Positions 57,473 through 64,000 of a DNA stretch of 64,000 nucleotides are shown piece after piece (the stretch's first letter is position 1; the number at the start of each line of letters is the position of its first letter). The stretch covers positions 130,439-194,438 of the forward strand of contig CAZIFQ010000003.1 in NCBI GenBank assembly GCA_964538375.1. The letters are read 5' to 3'. Below the pieces are notes generated by a model, which did no database searches, was not told where the DNA came from, and saw nothing but the letters and a program-made list of their open reading frames with translations. The position numbers and the translations under genes are program-made. This stretch comes from an uncultured Bacteroidaceae bacterium. GTDB lineage: Bacteria > Bacteroidota > Bacteroidia > Bacteroidales > GCA-2748055.

Positions 57473-59878
57473 ATGCTGGGAAGACTGATTTTACTTTCTT
57501 TACGGAACCTTCGAAGGAATCTGCTGTATACCATTATTGTTATAGGTGGATTGTCTCTTGGTATGACTACGTTTCTTGCTATCGTTCAATGGTCTGCCTG
57601 GCATATCAGTTCAGACAGGCACTTTCCTGATTCTGAAAATCTCTTCAGAATAACCTTTGAAGAGAAAAGAGAAAACTTCGAAAGGCATACTGCCAGGATA
57701 TTACATGGAGATATAACGCTACAGCTTATTCAATCCGATGAGATTCCTGAAATTGAATGCATGGCCAGGCTGGCTCCATTTAGAAATGCCATTGTAAGAA
57801 AGGATGAAATCCTTTTTTATGAAGATAGATGCTATGGCTGTGATTCTACTTTCTTTCAAATGTTTCCTCCCACGGTAATTCACGGAAATCTTCATACGAT
57901 GCTTGATGGACCGCGCAAAGTTATCTTAACAAGGAGTAGTGCAGAAAAATACTTTGGGAAAACAAATCCCCTTGGAGAAACACTCGAACTGGAGCATCAA
58001 TTTTGGGGTTCACCCGTTGAATATGAGATCACCGGGGTTATAGAAGATTACCCGGAAAATACGCATTTCTCCATTTCCTTTTTAACCTCCTTCAGAGATC
58101 CAGACAGCTATAGTTCTACCGCATGGGTGTATGTCAAAATCAAGGAAGATGCAAGCATTCCAGAGGTAGAAAAATCCATTAAGACATTTATACTTCAAAA
58201 CAATAACGAAAACTATGCAGAGGGAATCTTCCCACATATTACAAAATTAACTGACATTCACCTTAAATCTCATTTGGCCAGGGAGATTGAGCAAAACGCC
58301 AACTACAAATCTGTTTGGATTATCAGTATTGCAGGTTTGCTTGTTTTTATCCTTGCCTGGTTCAATTTCACATTACTTTCAGTGAGTCAAAATCAATTGA
58401 ACGTGAAAAAATTGATATTTCAGTGGCAGCTTGGAGCTGGCAAGGAATCATTCTTTCAGCAATTTTTTGTAGACTTCATGGTTGTGGGAATAATCTCTTT
58501 GATCATTTCAGGACTTCTTAGCTTCCTGATGGCTAAACAAATCTTTGCTGTCATTGGAATCCATATGGACGAGAATATCAATCTCTTACTTATGGGATTC
58601 GTCACATTCCTGATCCTATTAATACTCTCTTCACTTCTAACTGCATTTTACGCTACCTTCAGATTATATAGGATCCTGAAAATTAAATACCTGTCTACTT
58701 CTTCCCTTACCCCCAGGTCCCTCACAGCAAGAAACATATTTATACAGGTAGTGATTGTGCTTGAGTTTGTAATCACCTTTATGCTTATTTCAAATCTATT
58801 TATGATAAGGGAACAGGTAAACTACTCCATCGGACAACAAATCGGTGCAAACGATACCACAACCATTCAGATTCACAGTTTACCCAGAACCATCATTGAC
58901 AAGTATGCTCTTTTCAGGGAAGAAGTGCAAAAATACCCGGTATTTACAGAGATTACTGCAATGATGGAGGAGCCCGGAGGCATGGCTATGGATGCATTCC
59001 CTTATACCTTAGAAGGAATGCCTGAATCAGAAGAACGGCTGTTTTTTTTCCCGGTAGATAAATACTTTCTGAAATTTTATGACCTGGATCTTCTTGCAGG
59101 TGAAGATTTTCCAGACAACTACAATCCAAAAGATACTGTTGATTACTACATACTAAACGAAACTGCAGCGAATTCTATTTCTCCTGGCGATTATGAAAAC
59201 ATAATAGGTAGAGAACTTAATTTTAATTTCCCGCATCCTGACCTGATCTTTCCAGGAAAGATTATTGGGGTAATCAAAGATTTTCATCTTTCTACCATGG
59301 AGATGAAAATCAACCCTATGGTCATCTTCCCTAAACATACTTGGCTCTATTGTTTTTCTCTCAGGATAGGGAGTGATCGACAGCAGGCACTAAATACCCT
59401 GAATACCATCTGGAAGGATTTGTATCCTGATTATCCCCTGCGCTACTACTTCACCACTGACATGTATGAAACACTCTATGAATCAGAACTTACAGAAGTC
59501 AGAGTATTGCTCATATTCAGCATACTCTCCCTTATTATTGCCGGTACAGGATTGTTTGCTTTAAGCGGTTATTTCATGCATCAAAAGATGAGGTCTGCCG
59601 CGATCCGTAAAATTAATGGAGCTGGCATCAGGCACATACTGGTCCCGGAATTAAGACAATACCTGGTATTGGCGCTTGTATCAACCCTTATTGCTGCACC
59701 ACTATCCTTTTTCACAATAAAAAACTGGTTGAGCAACTTCTCTTATCAACTTCCTATCCCTTTATGGATCATACCAGCATCGGCCTTGCTTCTAATATGC
59801 TTCTCCTGGTTAGCCGTTTTCTACAACTCCATGAAGCTGGCTCGTCTCAATCCCTCAGAATTTCTTGGACGAGATTGA
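57473..59878 (+). CDS. MacB/FtsX-type ABC transporter permease (duplicated)
   Basis: Two MacB_PCD + FtsX halves; WFNFTLLS, GLFAL, IRKINGA, WLSNFSYQ, NPSEFL. Start moved from 57455. Confidence 0.88.
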   Translation: MLGRLILLSLRNLRRNLLYTIIVIGGLSLGMTTFLAIVQWSAWHISSDRHFPDSENLFRITFEEKRENFERHTARILHGDITLQLIQSDEIPEIECMARLAPFRNAIVRKDEILFYEDRCYGCDSTFFQMFPPTVIHGNLHTMLDGPRKVILTRSSAEKYFGKTNPLGETLELEHQFWGSPVEYEITGVIEDYPENTHFSISFLTSFRDPDSYSSTAWVYVKIKEDASIPEVEKSIKTFILQNNNENYAEGIFPHITKLTDIHLKSHLAREIEQNANYKSVWIISIAGLLVFILAWFNFTLLSVSQNQLNVKKLIFQWQLGAGKESFFQQFFVDFMVVGIISLIISGLLSFLMAKQIFAVIGIHMDENINLLLMGFVTFLILLILSSLLTAFYATFRLYRILKIKYLSTSSLTPRSLTARNIFIQVVIVLEFVITFMLISNLFMIREQVNYSIGQQIGANDTTTIQIHSLPRTIIDKYALFREEVQKYPVFTEITAMMEEPGGMAMDAFPYTLEGMPESEERLFFFPVDKYFLKFYDLDLLAGEDFPDNYNPKDTVDYYILNETAANSISPGDYENIIGRELNFNFPHPDLIFPGKIIGVIKDFHLSTMEMKINPMVIFPKHTWLYCFSLRIGSDRQQALNTLNTIWKDLYPDYPLRYYFTTDMYETLYESELTEVRVLLIFSILSLIIAGTGLFALSGYFMHQKMRSAAIRKINGAGIRHILVPELRQYLVLALVSTLIAAPLSFFTIKNWLSNFSYQLPIPLWIIPASALLLICFSWLAVFYNSMKLARLNPSEFLGRD

Positions 59879-59883
59879 CACGG

Positions 59884-59958
59884 CTGAGTCAATGGGTCAA
59901 TGAGCTAATGGGTCAATGAGTCAATGAGCTAATGAGTCAATGAGTCAATGAGTCAATA
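59884..59958. repeat. Tandem array of 8-mer (C/T)AATG(A/G)G(C/T)
   Basis: Eight full units starting 59890, 59898 ... 59946, plus partial flanking units; same family as 37828-37916. Confidence 0.88.
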
Positions 59959-60165
59959 AGATTATATGTTTCACTATAGTTTATTTAAGCTATTTATTCT
60001 ATTATAAGTCTATAAATCTATATTATATATTATTAACATATTTCAGCACTTATTTGTAATAAATTCTATTTGTTATGAAGTAATTTAATGCAATTATTCC
60101 GTTATATATTTTAAGGGATTCAATGGTCAATGGCTAATGTCCCATTCGCCAATAAACAAAACAAC

Positions 60166-62586
60166 ATGAAAAAAATTTCTATTGCAATAGTACTCGCATT
60201 CTTATTCATAGCTTCAAACGCACAGTTAAAGCTTGATGCTGAAATTAATCCTGCATTGCTTAGCTCACACTGGGATTCATACTGGGTTTCAGTACCGGAC
60301 ACTGATCCGAATAGCTATGGCGTATATTTCTACAGAAATACGATTGAACTGAACATGATGCCTGAGAAATATATCGTTCATGTTTCGGCTGACAACCGCT
60401 ACAAAATTTATATAAATGGGAAGCTATTAGGACTAGGTCCTGCGCGAAGTGACCTGGATAACTGGAAGTTTGAAACCTACGACCTGGCAGCTTACCTGAA
60501 ACCGGGTAAAAATATTATCAGTGCAAGTGTTTGGAACTTTGGCAGCGAAAAACCATGGGCACAGCTATCACTCTTCTCTTCATTCATAGTCCAGGGAAAC
60601 AGCGAAACAGAATCGGATTTAAATACCCCGGGAAATTGGAAATGTAAACAAATAGATGCCTACACACCTATTACGAATTATAAGGAAAAATTAGGGACTT
60701 TTATTGTTGTAGGCCCGGGAGATCATGTTAACGGAGAGAAGTACCCCTGGGATTGGATGGACATAGATTATGATGATTCTGAATGGTTGAATCCTCGCTC
60801 ACTATGCCCTGGTGCTCCTAAAGGAGTAGGAACCGAAATTACACATGCCCTGGTTCCCCGAAATATTCCTGCAATGGAATTTTCACCAATTGAATCTCCC
60901 AAAATTCGAAAAGTTGATATGAACCTGGTAGAGAAAAATTTCAAGGATTATAAAATTCCTGCTAACACAAAAACCACAATTTTGCTGGATCAGGATTACC
61001 TGCTTACTGCTTATCCGGAAATAAATATATCGGGGGGAAAAGGTTCAAGTATTAAAATTGGCTACAGCGAAACACTATACAACGAATCTGGAAAAAAAGA
61101 GAACAGGAACCTCGTAAAAAATATGATATTCAAAGGTAATTATGACATTTTTGAGCCGGATGGACAGGTAAACCGAAAGTTTACAACGCTATGGTTCCGT
61201 ACCTTCAGGTATATCCAACTGGAGATTGAAACCGGCGATGATCCGCTAATTGTGCACTCGATAGATCCAATTTTCACAGCCTATCCCTTTGTTGAAAAAG
61301 CATATTTCAATTCTGACAATGAATTACTTTCTGAAATATGGGAAACGGGCTGGCGTACTTCCAGGTTGTGTGCCAATGAACTTTTTTATGATTGCCCATA
61401 CTATGAGCAAATGCAATATATAGGAGATGCCAGGATTCAAGCACTCATTTCACTGTATGTTTCAGGTGACGACAGGTTGATGCGGAAAGCGATTGATGAT
61501 TTCTATAATTCAATGATACCTGAGGGACTTACACAAAGTCGATATCCGACAGAGCCGCGCCAGGTTATCCCCACCTATTCCTTGTTTTGGATCAGCATGA
61601 TTAACGATTACCTATGGCACAGGCCTGACTATATGTTTGCAACTGAATACCTGGTAAGCATTCAACATATATTGCAATGGTTTGAGAACCGGGTTGACAC
61701 TGAGTCTGGGATGCTGGGACCCATTGAATATTGGCCATTCGTCGACTGGACATCAGCATGGACGTGGGACAATGAAAAAGGATTAGGCGGAGTTCCAAAA
61801 GGCGGACTTGAAGGAAACTCTTCAATCATTACACTTCAGTATGCGATGACACTTGACCAGGCAGCAGATATTTTTAGCTTTTATGGACTGGAATCCCTGG
61901 CCAGGGCATATGTAAGCAAGGCAGATCAGCTGGTTGAAGCAACAAAGAAGAACTGCTGGGATGAGGAAAAACAGTTTTTTGCAGATACACCGGAAAAAAC
62001 AGAATTTAGTCAGCACGCCAACATTTTAGCTGTACTCACAAATGCTGTTCCTGATGAAGATAAAGCACTGCTCATCGAAAGAACAATACGTTCTGAGGAT
62101 CTGATAGAAACTTCATATTACTTCAAATTTTACCTTCACCGCGCCCTTATTGAATCAGGTTTAGGTAATAAGTACCTGGACATGCTCTCCCCATGGAAGG
62201 AAATGCTGGATATGGGCCTAAGTACTTTTGCTGAGATGCATGACCTTGCCGGCACAAGATCTGATTGTCATGCGTGGAGCTCCAGTCCCTTGTACGAATT
62301 CCTGGCCACAGTTGCCGGGATCCGGCCAGCGGATATAGGATTTAAAAGTGTCATTATAGAGCCACATCCGGGATCTCTGGAGTACATTAAATCAGGCCTG
62401 CCCCATCATCTTGGCCTTATCGAGGTAGATCTTGAGTTTAATCTAAAAGGGAAAGTCAAGGGAACTGCTACCCTGCCAGAAGGATTGAGTGGGATATTTG
62501 TCTGGGATAGCCAGACGATTGACCTGAGCGGAGGGGTGAACAAAATCTCACTAGGTCCTATCGATGCAAAGTTCCGTGGTGAATAA
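60166..62586 (+). CDS. GH78 alpha-L-rhamnosidase-family protein, secreted
   Basis: VSADNRYKIY, DCPYYEQMQYIGD, FVDW, SQHAN, RSDCHAWSS. Start moved from 60130. Confidence 0.88.
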   Translation: MKKISIAIVLAFLFIASNAQLKLDAEINPALLSSHWDSYWVSVPDTDPNSYGVYFYRNTIELNMMPEKYIVHVSADNRYKIYINGKLLGLGPARSDLDNWKFETYDLAAYLKPGKNIISASVWNFGSEKPWAQLSLFSSFIVQGNSETESDLNTPGNWKCKQIDAYTPITNYKEKLGTFIVVGPGDHVNGEKYPWDWMDIDYDDSEWLNPRSLCPGAPKGVGTEITHALVPRNIPAMEFSPIESPKIRKVDMNLVEKNFKDYKIPANTKTTILLDQDYLLTAYPEINISGGKGSSIKIGYSETLYNESGKKENRNLVKNMIFKGNYDIFEPDGQVNRKFTTLWFRTFRYIQLEIETGDDPLIVHSIDPIFTAYPFVEKAYFNSDNELLSEIWETGWRTSRLCANELFYDCPYYEQMQYIGDARIQALISLYVSGDDRLMRKAIDDFYNSMIPEGLTQSRYPTEPRQVIPTYSLFWISMINDYLWHRPDYMFATEYLVSIQHILQWFENRVDTESGMLGPIEYWPFVDWTSAWTWDNEKGLGGVPKGGLEGNSSIITLQYAMTLDQAADIFSFYGLESLARAYVSKADQLVEATKKNCWDEEKQFFADTPEKTEFSQHANILAVLTNAVPDEDKALLIERTIRSEDLIETSYYFKFYLHRALIESGLGNKYLDMLSPWKEMLDMGLSTFAEMHDLAGTRSDCHAWSSSPLYEFLATVAGIRPADIGFKSVIIEPHPGSLEYIKSGLPHHLGLIEVDLEFNLKGKVKGTATLPEGLSGIFVWDSQTIDLSGGVNKISLGPIDAKFRGE

Positions 62587-62661
62587 CTTTTTATCAGAAA
62601 ACTTACAATTTTTTTAACTTTGATTTTTCTTTTTGCATAGATCATACTAAATATTTTTTCA

Positions 62662-63150
62662 ATGGATATTAATCAGTCCCAAACAAAATTTCAGCAATGG
62701 GCTCTTGTAATTTTACGCGTTGCCATTGGCTGGCAACTGCTATATGAAGGCATAGTTAAATTATTGAATCCCAATTGGTCATCGGTAGGATACCTGATGG
62801 ATTCAAAAGGAATTTTTGCCGGTTTATTTCACGCGATGGCAGGCAATCCCGATGTACTCAGAGTTGTAGATTTCATGAATGTGTGGGGACTGGTTATTGT
62901 AGGTGCAGCATTGATCCTGGGACTTTTTACCAGGGTTGCCATCTATGGAGGTATCGCATTGTTGTCACTCTATTGCTTATCCCATCCCGCTTTGTTAAAT
63001 GTAAGGTATGCCATTCCTTCTGAAGGAAGTTATATGTGGATCAACAAAAACCTGATTGAAATTATTGCACTGCTTGTTGTACTCGTGTTCCCAACCTGGT
63101 ATACTATTGGAATAGACAGGTTCATTTTTAAAAATAAGGTGGAAAACTAA
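62662..63150 (+). CDS. DoxX/DoxD-family membrane protein
   Basis: LRVAIGWQLLYEGIVK, WSSVGYL, LILGLFTR, SEGSY..INKNLIE. Confidence 0.88.
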   Translation: MDINQSQTKFQQWALVILRVAIGWQLLYEGIVKLLNPNWSSVGYLMDSKGIFAGLFHAMAGNPDVLRVVDFMNVWGLVIVGAALILGLFTRVAIYGGIALLSLYCLSHPALLNVRYAIPSEGSYMWINKNLIEIIALLVVLVFPTWYTIGIDRFIFKNKVEN

Positions 63151-63164
63151 CTAACTACAGCATC

Positions 63165-64000
63165 ATGGAGGAGAATCGAAATAATAATAAGAAGCAAGAT
63201 AATAAGTCAAAAATTAACCGCAGGGATTTATTGAAAGGGCTTGCCACTGTGCCGGTATTCGGAGCATTTGCCTATGGTGTTTGGAGAAAGAAAAAACTTG
63301 ACCATTATAGAAGCCACAAACTCAGCAAGGAGCTGAACATGAGCCCTACTCCTGTTGCCGAAGCAAAGCTTATCTGGGATGGCGAGCCCATGAGGATTGG
63401 AATCATCGGATATGGTATTCGCGGAACACAACTAATGAAAGGTGCTGGTTTTATTCATCCTGATGAAATGCAGGAATGGAAAGATGGTGCCGCAACTAAC
63501 AGCTCCGACAGAAGGTATAATGAATACAAGGAGCAGGATGACCTGAATGTGGTTGTAAACGGTGTTTGTGATCTCTTTGACCTAAGGACAAAAAGGGCCC
63601 AGGAAGCTGCTGCCAACGTAAACAGGGAAGCTCATGGCGGTACACCCGGAAAAGAGCCAAAAATATATACAGATTACCGTGAGCTACTTAAAGCAGATGA
63701 CATTGATGCTGTAATTGTCGCCACACCTGACCACTGGCATGCAAAAATAACTATTGACGCTGCCCATGCAGGGAAACATGTTTACTGTGAAAAAGGATTT
63801 ACCAGAACGCTTGAAGAAGTATTTGCTATCCGTGACGCAGTAAAGGAAACGGGCATTGTATTCCAGTTGGGACACCAGGGAAGGCAAACTGAGAGTTATA
63901 TCAAAGCAAGAGAAGCCATTGAGAAAGGGCTTGTAGGTGATATCAATTTGGTGGAAGTATGTACCAACAGGAATTCTCCCAATGGAGCATGGGTATATGA
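63165..64000 (+). CDS. Gfo/Idh/MocA-family oxidoreductase with Tat-like signal (partial, runs off window end)
   Basis: Not in the ORF track. NRRDLLKG, RIGIIGYGIRG, DIDAVIVATPDHWHA, GKHVYCEK, FQLGHQGRQ. Confidence 0.92.
   Translation, partial: MEENRNNNKKQDNKSKINRRDLLKGLATVPVFGAFAYGVWRKKKLDHYRSHKLSKELNMSPTPVAEAKLIWDGEPMRIGIIGYGIRGTQLMKGAGFIHPDEMQEWKDGAATNSSDRRYNEYKEQDDLNVVVNGVCDLFDLRTKRAQEAAANVNREAHGGTPGKEPKIYTDYRELLKADDIDAVIVATPDHWHAKITIDAAHAGKHVYCEKGFTRTLEEVFAIRDAVKETGIVFQLGHQGRQTESYIKAREAIEKGLVGDINLVEVCTNRNSPNGAWVY

Overview
Chromosomal window from a Bacteroidota (Bacteroidales-like) bacterium; the taxon is inferred from gene content, T9SS sorting domains, SusC/D genes and TAnnTTTG promoters. 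About 1-18.8 kb is mostly housekeeping: MlaD end, dnaA, pyrBI, rny-6S RNA-zapA, M23-anmK-FeADH, a C69 peptidase, rplS and tRNA-Arg(ACG). Accessory DNA begins right after the tRNA with an internally deleted gene remnant, then an ~18.4 kb polysaccharide utilization locus (PUL). The PUL holds an HTCS, GH43, SusC/SusD, a GH43-fold lipoprotein lacking all catalytic residues, an FG-GAP/T9SS protein, a small T9SS protein, an FN3-like + GH93-like protein, a GH43-T9SS protein and a GH5. Downstream are a secreted WD40-caspase, a circularly permuted GH114/166-like lipoprotein, an acyl-CoA ligase + YghO/bCerS-like GNAT + CrtI-like FAD oxidoreductase trio, GH106 + sulfatase, several hydrolases, an orphan ABC permease, GH78 and DoxX + Gfo/Idh/MocA. 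Many intergenic gaps carry REP-like palindromes or 7-9-mer tandem microrepeats, some shared between loci. I saw no integrase, transposase, CRISPR array or rRNA. All family calls come from motif recognition by eye, not database searches. Best leads: the furanoside-type PUL with its pseudo-enzyme and T9SS cassette, and the candidate ceramide/amide-lipid acylation module.
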